This document shows, piece by piece, positions 36,124-44,971 of a stretch of DNA of 64,000 nt. Origin of the DNA: Candidatus Magasanikiibacteriota bacterium (lineage in GTDB: Bacteria; Patescibacteriota; Patescibacteriia; Magasanikbacterales; UBA922); the NCBI GenBank assembly GCA_052033375.1, contig JBPOJQ010000008.1, positions 1,185 to 65,184 on the forward strand, read 5' to 3'. A program made the translations under genes and the position numbers. Position 1 is the stretch's first letter. The number at the start of each line of letters is the position of its first letter. Below the pieces are notes generated by a model that was not told the DNA's origin, made no database searches, and saw only the letters and a program-made list of their open reading frames with translations.

Positions 36124-37302
36124 TTAGGCGTAGGCGCTCGTACCAGTCGGGATACGATATTCTGTGGAGGCGCTCAGGTGCTCCTGGGAAGCACAGCGCT
36201 GCATCGCGTATTCTCCAAGGAGTTTTCCGACATCGACACCACTCTGTGCACAATAGACTCCGATAGGACCGACGTTCACCTCACACACGACAGTCCTCCC
36301 TTCTGCGTACAAGAGATCGACACCAGTGCATGTCGCACCGACTGCTTGTGTGGCTGCAATTGCCATGTCTTCTTGCTCTTTCGAAAGGGAAATACGAGTC
36401 GCGATACCACCGTGAGAAATATTGGGGGTCACTGCGCGTGTATTGGATTTTTTTACAGCCTCGACCACACGATTGCCGATCACCGTACAGCGCAGACAAT
36501 AGAATTCATCAGTACCATCACCAAAAAAAGGTTCGAGCATGAGTGGACGATACGTGAAATTCTGTTCCAGCTTGTGTGGGATGTGAAGTGTGCTTGCAAT
36601 GATTGAAAAACTCATGAGCAGTGTACCTGCCAGAGGGAATATTTGTAGAATGAGGGAGACGAGAGAGATGGCAAAAAGTCCGAGATATATATAAGATTGT
36701 ATTCCGAGTGTGCTTGAAATGGCGAGTCCCTGTGTAGTATCTCGTACCCGCATTTTTTTCCATGCGCCATCGAGATATTCGAAAAAATCAGTATCAGTTC
36801 GTTGTATCAATTTTACACCCCATCCAGATTTGGAATCATGTAATTTTCCCACATACATTTTTTCTCGCTCCATTTTCTGCCAGAGTTCTGAGCGAGTATG
36901 GATGGGAGTATCTGGAAGGACGGGGATATTGCGTGTGCGCAGGATTCGCTTGGTCTCGAATTTATCATCAGCCACATGTACTGCTTTGGTATTGAGAAAT
37001 GGGACACATGCTTCGAGATAATCCAGTCCGCGTTCTAGTTTTTTTCGTTCGGGGATAATTCTGCTGTCATGATAGATGACGAATGCAATATTGTGTGCTG
37101 TCACAAATGCACGCGCCTCCTCAATTGAAGCAAAGGAACAATCAGATGGTTTAATTTTTAGTAAGTGATAGTGTGTGCTTTTTTTGATCGAGCGGTAGAG
37201 TCCTCGGACAAAAATAGTGATTCCCGTATCAAATATATACAACCAGGTGGGGACATATACAGCGATAGTTTGCTTTTGTACCCCAGTACCATTCTGCGAC
37301 AT
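36124..37302 (-). CDS. ATP-grasp (RimK-like) family protein with internal hydrophobic segment
   Basis: ATP-grasp blocks (KFETKRILRTRNIPVLPDT; C-terminal ISHGGIATRISLS...GATCTGVDLLYAE...VCEVNVGP) interrupted by ~45 hydrophobic residues; ATG 37302 (MSQNGTG) preferred. Confidence 0.55.
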   Translation of the reverse strand: MSQNGTGVQKQTIAVYVPTWLYIFDTGITIFVRGLYRSIKKSTHYHLLKIKPSDCSFASIEEARAFVTAHNIAFVIYHDSRIIPERKKLERGLDYLEACVPFLNTKAVHVADDKFETKRILRTRNIPVLPDTPIHTRSELWQKMEREKMYVGKLHDSKSGWGVKLIQRTDTDFFEYLDGAWKKMRVRDTTQGLAISSTLGIQSYIYLGLFAISLVSLILQIFPLAGTLLMSFSIIASTLHIPHKLEQNFTYRPLMLEPFFGDGTDEFYCLRCTVIGNRVVEAVKKSNTRAVTPNISHGGIATRISLSKEQEDMAIAATQAVGATCTGVDLLYAEGRTVVCEVNVGPIGVYCAQSGVDVGKLLGEYAMQRCASQEHLSASTEYRIPTGTSAYA

Positions 37303-37563
37303 ACGAGTAGTGTATTGGCATCTAATATAAGAATAAAAGGCGATAGCCCTATAGCTATAGTATATCAATTCTCGGTTTTTCTATACAAATATGCATGGGG
37401 ATTTTTCTGTGCGTAATGTGCCATATGTTATGGTACTTCCCAAGACGTCTGCATCATGAATTTGACTATTCTGTCACCACATATTAGTATGTGGTATTCG
37501 ATATGGCTCTTTCTGTAATGTACGTGAGAGAAAAAAGAGAAACACCCAAAGGAGAACATCATC

Positions 37564-37950
37564 GTGACGACTGAGAAATGGAAGCTTCCTGCTTCCGAGG
37601 ACACGAAATCTTTGTTGATCAAAAGTATATGGGGGAGGGGATGGAAAGACGTCTTGAATGGTGGCTGGCTTCTCTGGTACGAGATCGGCGACATCACAAG
37701 TCTCACTGATGAAGAGTGCGCCTCGATCACTCAGGAACTTTTCGTCGGACAGCGCGGATCTGGCAGTATCGAACTGCATCGAAGCCGCAAACTGGATGGT
37801 GCGCCAATGATCCTCTGTCTTCGGGGTAACCTGCGCCTACATCCGGCACTCATCATTCGTGGCCGCTACTGCCCGCTCTACACGGTGGCAGACCCGGCCG
37901 GTAGCTGCATCAACTTCTACTCGGTGTGGTTATGGCACAAGTTCTCATGA
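37564..37950 (+). CDS. Hypothetical protein in high-GC islet (E)
   Basis: GTG start 9 nt after AAAGGAG; Trp/Gly-rich N-terminus; 7-bp GC hairpin 37958-37991 and T-run 38011-38025 downstream. Confidence 0.35.
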   Translation: MTTEKWKLPASEDTKSLLIKSIWGRGWKDVLNGGWLLWYEIGDITSLTDEECASITQELFVGQRGSGSIELHRSRKLDGAPMILCLRGNLRLHPALIIRGRYCPLYTVADPAGSCINFYSVWLWHKFS

Positions 37951-38169
37951 ACTACTAGACGGCGTTGGATTCGTCAGGGACCAGCGCCGTCGTCCCCAAC
38001 TCTCATCAAAGAGTTTTTTTGTTTTAAAAGGTAAATACTCATTTCACTCTAACAAAAATCCGAACCATTCCTAGCTTGAATTTTACGTACTTGGCTCGGA
38101 CGGCTGGACGATGTTAGAACTAAACTAGGCTAAATTAAGTTAAACTCTGTTATATATCAATTATTACAT

Positions 38170-40428
38170 TTATAAAGTCTTAATTAATTCAAAAACATCT
38201 TTTATATCTTTTTTATAGTCATTTAAGCCAAGTTGACCTTCAGGATACTGACCGTTGGTAGAATTATCATGATGTGTCAAATTAGTAAGTATAGAATTTA
38301 TTTCTGTACGCTTACTTACTTCTGCATAAGGTCCTCCTGGTTCTTCTAGTTTTGTCAGCATGTCACCTACAGTATTAATCTCTTTTGTCAGTTCAATAGG
38401 ATACTTAACCTTAAGAACATGCTCAATAACTTTTCTTATGCAACCATGAGCATTCTTCACTACAGCTATATCCTGCGATGATCCTGCACTCTTCATGTCA
38501 GTAATCCAGCAGTTATAGTCACTCATAAACTCTGCGTCTTCGTGAGGGTTGCATACCGTAAAGTCACTTCCGTTTACTGAATCAAGGGATATTCTCAAAA
38601 AAGCTGTTGTCGCATCTCCTGCACTTTCAGCATGCAAGAGTTGGTAGAAGCCCTTTTCGTGAGTAAGAATTATTAGTTGCTTGTCGGTGGCTGACAAGAT
38701 TCTCTTAATCTCAGTTAGAATAATTCTCTTTCTATCAGAGTCGAAGCTTGATACTGGATCGTCCATGACCACAACTTTGATCGTTGCGTCGTTCTTTACA
38801 GTAGCTAAAAAGAAAGCGAGAGCGAGCACCCACTTATCACTATCACTCAAACAGTTTTTAACTGTCATCTCCGAGTCATCACCATCATTGGATATCTCAC
38901 TGCCAGACATACTCAATACAAGCAGTTCTTGTCTTTGATTTCCTTTAAAATTAAATTTCTGTACCGTAAAATCGCAGTTACACGCAGTCAGAACATCATT
39001 GATATCTTTAAGCATCGCGGTTGAGAGTCCGTTTGCATATACCAAGTATTCTTCCCAAAGCTTTGTCTTTTCCGCACTAAGAGTTTTACTCTCTTTCTGA
39101 GCTTTCAGATAATTTTCACATCGGTCTTTCCAAGAATCGAATCGTTCCTTGTTTGCTTCAAGTGTCTTTAGTGATGTTTCGAGTTCAGCTTTCTTTTTTG
39201 TAGGATTCTTGAAGTTCACTAGTTCAGCATCAATAGCAACAATGTGAGCATCAGCTTTTGTTGAAATATCCGCAAACGGCACTGTGTCGAAGTCGCTTGA
39301 TAGATCATCTTTTTTGTTTGTGATTGATTTCTTGCAAGACTCAAAAAGTCCATCAATATCAGAAAAGTCTATTTCCAAAATGTACCCCGCTTGTTTGAGG
39401 TCTGTTTTAATTTTCTCTATCTCAGTTGAAAAACTCTCCTGAGGGAATAGACCCTCTGTTTCTTTGATCGCTTGCTGAAGATTTCGGTACTTATTGTTAT
39501 AGATCAGATCAATTGTCGCAAGGAATTCTTTTACTGAATCCTCTTTAATCTCTTGCGTACAAAATGGGCAGTGCTCATTTTCGGCACGAGAACGTAATTT
39601 AGCTCCTGATTGTAGAAAAGCACTATACGATTGCTTTGTTTCTTTTGAATTTACATGACTCTCGAAATGATTTGCTATGAGTTCACTGTTTACAGAAAGA
39701 TTTTCGGAAATTTGAGTAGTATCAAAATTCTTGTATCGCTCAAGCAAAGTTTTTATACTCCCGAGTTTACTCGATATCAACTCTGAATTTTTTACTTTAT
39801 CAAGATCCTTTTGCCCTTTCTCGATTTTAGTATCAATATCAGCAACTTCAGTAAGCCCGAGAAAAGTTTCAAAAGATAGCCCTCCTAAAAGGTGTTTGTT
39901 TCTTGTGTACTCGCCATTAATTGATGTTTGAGTCTTTGTGTTCTCAGCTATTTGTTCAGCAAGTCCTGCGATTTTTACATTATATTCAACACCTTTTGCA
40001 CCGAGCATAAACGCCTCAATGTTCTTCTGCTGTTCCTGACCAATTTGCTGGTTTTGAGTGTAGACACTTTCTCTGACAAAGTGGTTATCAAAAACTATGA
40101 TGTCCTTATACTCCGCACTCCACTTAGCTTCGTCTGTTGTGTATCTATACTCTCCTGTAGGCGTAGTGACTTCGGGAATAATCTTTATAGTCTGCTTTTG
40201 GCTTCCGATTGTCTTTCTTCCAATAATGTAGTCTGGCTTGTTTTCCTTTAATGAACGAAAAATTGATGTGAGGGTGCTTTTACCAAAAGTGTTTTTTCCA
40301 TACACAAAAGTATTCTTCTTGAAGAATTGTTCATCACCCTCTGTTTTGGCGGATTTGAATCGACCAACATTATTTATTTCTATTTTTTTTAACATATTTA
40401 AAATTATACCTTCTTCAAAAACTCCCAA
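38170..40428 (-). CDS. RloC/PrrC-like ABC-ATPase with zinc hook and C-terminal HEPN nuclease domain
   Basis: Walker A VYGKNTFGKST; central coiled-coil with CPFC; ABC signature LSDSDKWVLALAFFLA; Walker B/D-loop IKVVVMDDPVSSFD; C-terminal Rx4H (HGCIRKVIEH). Confidence 0.7.
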   Translation of the reverse strand: MGVFEEGIILNMLKKIEINNVGRFKSAKTEGDEQFFKKNTFVYGKNTFGKSTLTSIFRSLKENKPDYIIGRKTIGSQKQTIKIIPEVTTPTGEYRYTTDEAKWSAEYKDIIVFDNHFVRESVYTQNQQIGQEQQKNIEAFMLGAKGVEYNVKIAGLAEQIAENTKTQTSINGEYTRNKHLLGGLSFETFLGLTEVADIDTKIEKGQKDLDKVKNSELISSKLGSIKTLLERYKNFDTTQISENLSVNSELIANHFESHVNSKETKQSYSAFLQSGAKLRSRAENEHCPFCTQEIKEDSVKEFLATIDLIYNNKYRNLQQAIKETEGLFPQESFSTEIEKIKTDLKQAGYILEIDFSDIDGLFESCKKSITNKKDDLSSDFDTVPFADISTKADAHIVAIDAELVNFKNPTKKKAELETSLKTLEANKERFDSWKDRCENYLKAQKESKTLSAEKTKLWEEYLVYANGLSTAMLKDINDVLTACNCDFTVQKFNFKGNQRQELLVLSMSGSEISNDGDDSEMTVKNCLSDSDKWVLALAFFLATVKNDATIKVVVMDDPVSSFDSDRKRIILTEIKRILSATDKQLIILTHEKGFYQLLHAESAGDATTAFLRISLDSVNGSDFTVCNPHEDAEFMSDYNCWITDMKSAGSSQDIAVVKNAHGCIRKVIEHVLKVKYPIELTKEINTVGDMLTKLEEPGGPYAEVSKRTEINSILTNLTHHDNSTNGQYPEGQLGLNDYKKDIKDVFELIKTL

Positions 40429-40529
40429 ATTCTAACCATTGCCATCGTATCAAATTTACAATACTCAAAAATATTTTTTGTGTACGTTGGGCCATTATCG
40501 ATAGTACCCTCTATACTCTAAATCGTCAA

Positions 40530-40560
40530 ACAAAAAAACCAGTCCTTCTAGACTGGTTTT
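40530..40560. terminator. Bidirectional rho-independent terminator
   Basis: AAAAAACCAGTC-CTTCTA-GACTGGTTTTTT just beyond the CCA end of the minus-strand tRNA-Asn. Confidence 0.75.
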
Positions 40561-40933
40561 TGGCTCGGCGGGCGGGGCTCGAACCCGCGACCCACTGGTT
40601 ACAGTATCCTTCCTCTTTCAAGGAAGACTGGACTATGTCATCACCCATGCCGTAAACCTGGCAGAATAAATTCTCCAAGAGCCTGGGGGTGCGGAGCGCT
40701 TCCCGCCCCGACGTTGTCGGGGAAGTACTCCCATAAAGGGATAGTCTCTGAACCTTTCTAATCCGCCGCTAATTCCAGTAAAACTGGAGCATCGGATTAA
40801 ACTTGGCTGCAGGTTACCCTATGGAAAACCATAGTAGCGGCTTCCTGCAATTCACTCCGTTGGCATCCTGACATTACTATCAAGAGCTGCTAATTTTTAA
40901 CAGCCAGTTGCTCTACCGCTGAGCTACCGCCGA
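40561..40933 (-). tRNA. tRNA-Asn (anticodon GUU) interrupted by a ~298-nt group I intron in the anticodon loop
   Basis: 5' exon (~40900-40933): TCGGCGG-TA-GCTCAGCGGTAGAGC-A-ACTGG-CUGU; 3' exon (40561-40601): UAA-CCAGT-GGGTC-GCGGGTTCGAGCCCCGC-CCGCCGA-G-CCA; spliced loop CUGUUAA gives GUU. Confidence 0.75.
40602..40899 (-). other. Group I self-splicing intron (candidate)
   Basis: Minus-strand core elements: AATTGCAGGAAG (P-like), CTGCAGCCAAGT (P4/P6 Q-like), GGTTCAGAGACTA (R/P7 5'), ATAGTCC (S/P7 3'); terminal G before 3' exon; U at 5' splice site. Confidence 0.65.
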
Positions 40934-40953
40934 ATATATATAAAACCTGCTAC

Positions 40954-40982
40954 AGTATACTACAGATATATTCATTAGTCAA
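40954..40982 (-). promoter_or_regulatory. Sigma70-type promoter for tRNA-Asn
   Basis: Minus strand TTGACT (40977-40982), 17-nt spacer, TATACT (40954-40959), ~20 nt upstream of tRNA 5' end. Confidence 0.5.
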
Positions 40983-41050
40983 TCATGTAAAAAATTCTCT
41001 TATCCAAGGGATTTTTGTTGACTCGAAAACGTGTATGAGATATTCTAGAG

Positions 41051-41668
41051 TTGATTTACTCTGTATCTTATTTTTCTATGCATTCTCCAGAAAACGAAAG
41101 GCGCATGCCGACTGAAAACATACAGCTCGCAGAAAAAATAAAACGTATCATGCATCACATGAAATATGCAGAGGGGAGTACAGCATATGCAGGATGCACG
41201 AAAATGCTTCGAGCGCTCGATATGAATTCAGAGTTGGTGTATAACAAGCGTGATCCAGAGCAATGGCTGTCTGAATTGGAGAGTAGGGGTGTGATTAGCA
41301 CACGAGAGTATGATGTCTGTCTTGATATTATCACTTCTGAAATACATTTTGAAAAACCATCGACCGAAACACGCGAAGATGAATATACTGCCGAAGATGA
41401 TGTGGTGTGGAATAGTGCATGGGATGAAGCTGTGAGAGGATTTGTAGCAACGTATCCTACTCATCGCAAGGTAGTCGATACCATTACGGAGATGTGTCAG
41501 AAGTCCCGATGTGGGAGAAATCAATATGTCGATGATTTTATTGCGCCATATGTACGCGCAGGAGTGATCTCGCGTACAGATGAGAATAAATATATAGATG
41601 TCTTAGCTACAATACAGGAAAAAGCGCAGATAGAGTATGAAAAGAAACGGCAGAATTCCGACATCTAA
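41051..41668 (+). CDS. Hypothetical protein
   Basis: 205-aa acidic soluble ORF with no recognised motifs; divergent from tRNA-Asn. Confidence 0.35.
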   Translation: MIYSVSYFSMHSPENERRMPTENIQLAEKIKRIMHHMKYAEGSTAYAGCTKMLRALDMNSELVYNKRDPEQWLSELESRGVISTREYDVCLDIITSEIHFEKPSTETREDEYTAEDDVVWNSAWDEAVRGFVATYPTHRKVVDTITEMCQKSRCGRNQYVDDFIAPYVRAGVISRTDENKYIDVLATIQEKAQIEYEKKRQNSDI

Positions 41669-41719
41669 AATTTCAAAACATACAAAAAATCCCTCGATAT
41701 GCTCGGGGGATTTTTTTGC

Positions 41720-42220
41720 TTAACTTTTCTTGATTTCTTTGATATTCGTCGCTTTGGTGGTGAACAGTACACCATTTAGATGATCAACTTCGTGCTGTAT
41801 CACTCGGGCAAAGAAATTTCGTGCGTCGAATGAGAGTTTTTTTCCATTTCGATCCAGTGCTTCGACATGAATGTCTGAATACCGCTTGACTGTTCCATAG
41901 AGTCCAGGAATCGAGAGACACCCCTCCTGGTCAGTATTGGTTTTTTTGGTTGTCTTGTGCCAGATGGGATTGATAAGTACCAGATCTTCATGAGGTACAC
42001 CGGATTTTCGGTCTGTACGCACTGCTTCTTTTCCGATAATGCATACCTGGACTGAATGATTCACCTGTGGAGCGGCGAGTCCGATACCTTCACTCGCATA
42101 CATCGTTGGAATCATCTGAGTGATGAGTTGTTGTATGTCTGTAGAAATGATTTCACTCTCAGTGAGTTCACGCGCGGGTGTTTCGAGAATGGTATTTGGG
42201 ACTGTGATAATGTGTAGCAT
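41720..42220 (-). CDS. def: Peptide deformylase
   Basis: GIGLAAPQV (motif 1), EGCLSIPG (motif 2), HEVDHLNG (motif 3); ATG 42220 (MLHIITVP) preferred over 42322. Confidence 0.85.
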   Translation of the reverse strand: MLHIITVPNTILETPARELTESEIISTDIQQLITQMIPTMYASEGIGLAAPQVNHSVQVCIIGKEAVRTDRKSGVPHEDLVLINPIWHKTTKKTNTDQEGCLSIPGLYGTVKRYSDIHVEALDRNGKKLSFDARNFFARVIQHEVDHLNGVLFTTKATNIKEIKKS

Positions 42221-42233
42221 AGGTAGAAAAAAA

Positions 42234-44150
42234 CTAGGGAGAAAAAATAGAAAGTGGCTGTACATCGACGACACATCCCATGGGGAGATACGGGTGGATA
42301 CGCTGTGCAATTGATAGTACATTCGCAGGCGATGTTTTTATGAGCATACCCCGTCGATACATCCGCTGGTGAAATGCAGGATGTGTCTCATATATTTCGC
42401 TGATAGTAGCAGTAATTCCCTCTGATGTCAATCGTCGTTGGACGTCTTCCCGGAATTGTGTAGCCTGTGTATGTGCCGTATTCCGATGAGGAGAGGATAG
42501 TGTATATTTTATCATACTTTGATAGGGAGGGTAACCAAGTTTTTGTCTCAGATTGAGTTCTGATCGGTAGATACGATCACGTTCGGAAAATAATTTGAAG
42601 ATAGGTTTGTCTGCAGTGTGTGTCTCGATAATGAATTGAGAGTCTGGTTTTCTCAGATAATTGAATGTACTGAGCAGGTGTACCACATGTTCGACTGATT
42701 GGAATTCTGGTATTGCGAGATATCGGTCGAGATCAAGAATGATGAAGAGTCCGGTGCGGTGAGGGCGGATGTAGGGGAATATTTTTTCAGTCCCGACGAT
42801 TAGTCGAGGTGTGTCAGACACGAGTTCGCGTAGGGTATTCTCATCACTATTATCATCAATACGAAATATCGGTCGGGTGATGCCTTCGGAGTGGAATATG
42901 GTAGAAAAATGAGAAGCAATTTTTTCAGTACCTATACCACGGAGAAGCATCACAACTGAGCCACAGGCACTGCAGGTGAGTGGGAGTGGACGAGAATCAG
43001 TGTGGTGTGTGCCGTGGAGCATGCGCGTCTCCGCTCGATATACCATGGGTAATCCGGTGAGAGCGGATGTCTCGATATGTCCGCAATCTTTGCAGACGAC
43101 CATAGTCGCATAGCCTTTGCGTTGCACGAGTATCACGATATCTTCGGCAGTGTGTCTCGCATGATAGAGAATCTGCTCCTCGGTCTGTATTGCACAGACG
43201 CGTACCTCACGTGGTTGGGGCACCTGTTCGATGATGCGAATAGTAGTACTCTGATGTGCGCTGGTAGGAAATAGCAATCCATCATGATACGGGGTCGAGT
43301 CGATCATGCAGGGCATTTTTTCTTTGAGAATTCGATAATAGAGTTCGAAACTGGGAGAAAAACTCGCATATACACATTCGCAGGCGTGTGCAGTGCCGAC
43401 GAGTCTTACGAGGTCGCGTGCATGATATTTGGGTTGTTGATCATAGCTTTTGTATTGTTCATCATGCTCGGCATCCATGATGATTCGGTCGAGGTGTACA
43501 AAAGGTAGGGTGAGCGCACTGCGTGTGCCGAGTACAATGAGTGGCCCGGTAGTATTACGCACCTGTAGCCATCGAGCGAATTTTTCTTTGTCTGATAAAT
43601 CCGAATGCCAGATGACACAGGGTATACCGATCTGGTTGAGTAATGCATGTGTAGTCTCAAGAGCACCAAGCTCGGGCACAAGCACGAGAGTCGTGTGTGT
43701 CGGGTCTATCAGGGAAAAAAGTTCGGCGCGTTCCTGGGGAGAAGTATAGAGTCTATAGGACTCGGTGTACGTGCGACGAGGTGGTCGATTGTTCAATTCT
43801 GGCTCGAGATGCATTTTCTGCAATTTTCTTTTTTGGATGGGCAAGGCAGATGTCTTGTATACGGTAGCAAGGGAGGTTGCATAGAGCAGGGAGAGATCTC
43901 GGAGTATTGCTCGAGTGGTCGAGGGAAATAGTGGAGTAGTGTGCACGAGAGCGGTAATTGGTTTGTAGGCAAAATCAGGATTTGGTGTATCAGAAAGCAA
44001 GACTACGATACCGAATTGAGTAGTCTTTCGAAGTTCAATTTCTACGAGCTGTCCGAGGGCAATCGTCTGTTCAAACTCGGGGGGTATGGCGTAATCAAAT
44101 AGCGAAGAATGCCGCGGAAGACGCTTCAGGGGGACAATAGTCGCAATCAT
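42234..44150 (-). CDS. priA: Primosomal protein N' (PriA)-like helicase, possibly degenerate
   Basis: PriA-like N-terminal 3'-DNA-binding region, DEAH-like IIMDAEHDEQY, Cys4 cluster (CKDCGH...CSACGS); canonical Walker A not evident. Confidence 0.55.
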   Translation of the reverse strand: MIATIVPLKRLPRHSSLFDYAIPPEFEQTIALGQLVEIELRKTTQFGIVVLLSDTPNPDFAYKPITALVHTTPLFPSTTRAILRDLSLLYATSLATVYKTSALPIQKRKLQKMHLEPELNNRPPRRTYTESYRLYTSPQERAELFSLIDPTHTTLVLVPELGALETTHALLNQIGIPCVIWHSDLSDKEKFARWLQVRNTTGPLIVLGTRSALTLPFVHLDRIIMDAEHDEQYKSYDQQPKYHARDLVRLVGTAHACECVYASFSPSFELYYRILKEKMPCMIDSTPYHDGLLFPTSAHQSTTIRIIEQVPQPREVRVCAIQTEEQILYHARHTAEDIVILVQRKGYATMVVCKDCGHIETSALTGLPMVYRAETRMLHGTHHTDSRPLPLTCSACGSVVMLLRGIGTEKIASHFSTIFHSEGITRPIFRIDDNSDENTLRELVSDTPRLIVGTEKIFPYIRPHRTGLFIILDLDRYLAIPEFQSVEHVVHLLSTFNYLRKPDSQFIIETHTADKPIFKLFSERDRIYRSELNLRQKLGYPPYQSMIKYTLSSPHRNTAHTQATQFREDVQRRLTSEGITATISEIYETHPAFHQRMYRRGMLIKTSPANVLSIAQRIHPYLPMGCVVDVQPLSIFSP

Positions 44151-44160
44151 GAAGAAAATG

Positions 44161-44955
44161 TTATGAAAAAACGAATTCTGCTGTGAGGTATCCTACGCCA
44201 AAAGGATGCTCATAGGCAAGACGTTTGAATTCGTAATTGATGTTTTTGAGAGAACCAAGTAATAACAATAATGGCCTGTATCCAGTTTCGACCGCGTGTT
44301 CGACCAATTGAGGATCAAGTGTCGCAATACCACTCGTATTGTGTGATTGGAGCAATTCAATAATGGTGCTATCGAATTTTTTTCCCTCTTCACGGAATCC
44401 TGCCGGTGAATCAGTCGTAATGCCGTGGGAAAGATTTGCGGATGCAATCAAGGCTACACGTTTGTCAGAGTCCATACACACCTCCTTGATAAGGTTGCCA
44501 AAATTCAGATGAGTCTTGGCGTCGAGGTCACACGGGCCGACAGGGAGTACTTTTATATGAGGAAGATGATTGGTAAGAGCAAAGAGAGGTACTGATGAAC
44601 CGTGATCGAGCTTTTCTTCGCTTATGAGCTGGAGGGGAACATGTTCTCGACTCGCTGCATGAGATATTTTTACTGCAAAATCAGGAGAGCCGGTGAATTC
44701 TCGTTTCAATGAATGATCCCCGAATTTTTCAAATGAGGAAGTGAATGCCGTATGCGCGTTGATAACAAATGTGTCGCTATGTGCCTGTGAATGTGGAGTA
44801 TAGATAATAATTAAATGTGGTTTTGAGAGATACAAATTTTCTTCGAGTACACTGAGTGCCTCTATCGTTTTTATTGCCTTCGTGCGATCTGTACCGCCGA
44901 CCGAGGGAATGAGTACTGGTGAATGTGGGACAATTGCGCCAAATACGAGAGGCAT
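44161..44955 (-). CDS. Memo/LigB-like (class III extradiol dioxygenase fold) family protein
   Basis: N-terminal FGAIVPHSPVLIP resembles Memo/AmmeMemoRadiSam-B and LigB His-containing start; start at MPLVFGA avoids overlap. Confidence 0.4.
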   Translation of the reverse strand: MPLVFGAIVPHSPVLIPSVGGTDRTKAIKTIEALSVLEENLYLSKPHLIIIYTPHSQAHSDTFVINAHTAFTSSFEKFGDHSLKREFTGSPDFAVKISHAASREHVPLQLISEEKLDHGSSVPLFALTNHLPHIKVLPVGPCDLDAKTHLNFGNLIKEVCMDSDKRVALIASANLSHGITTDSPAGFREEGKKFDSTIIELLQSHNTSGIATLDPQLVEHAVETGYRPLLLLLGSLKNINYEFKRLAYEHPFGVGYLTAEFVFS

Positions 44956-44971
44956 AGGAGGGGAGTTGGAA

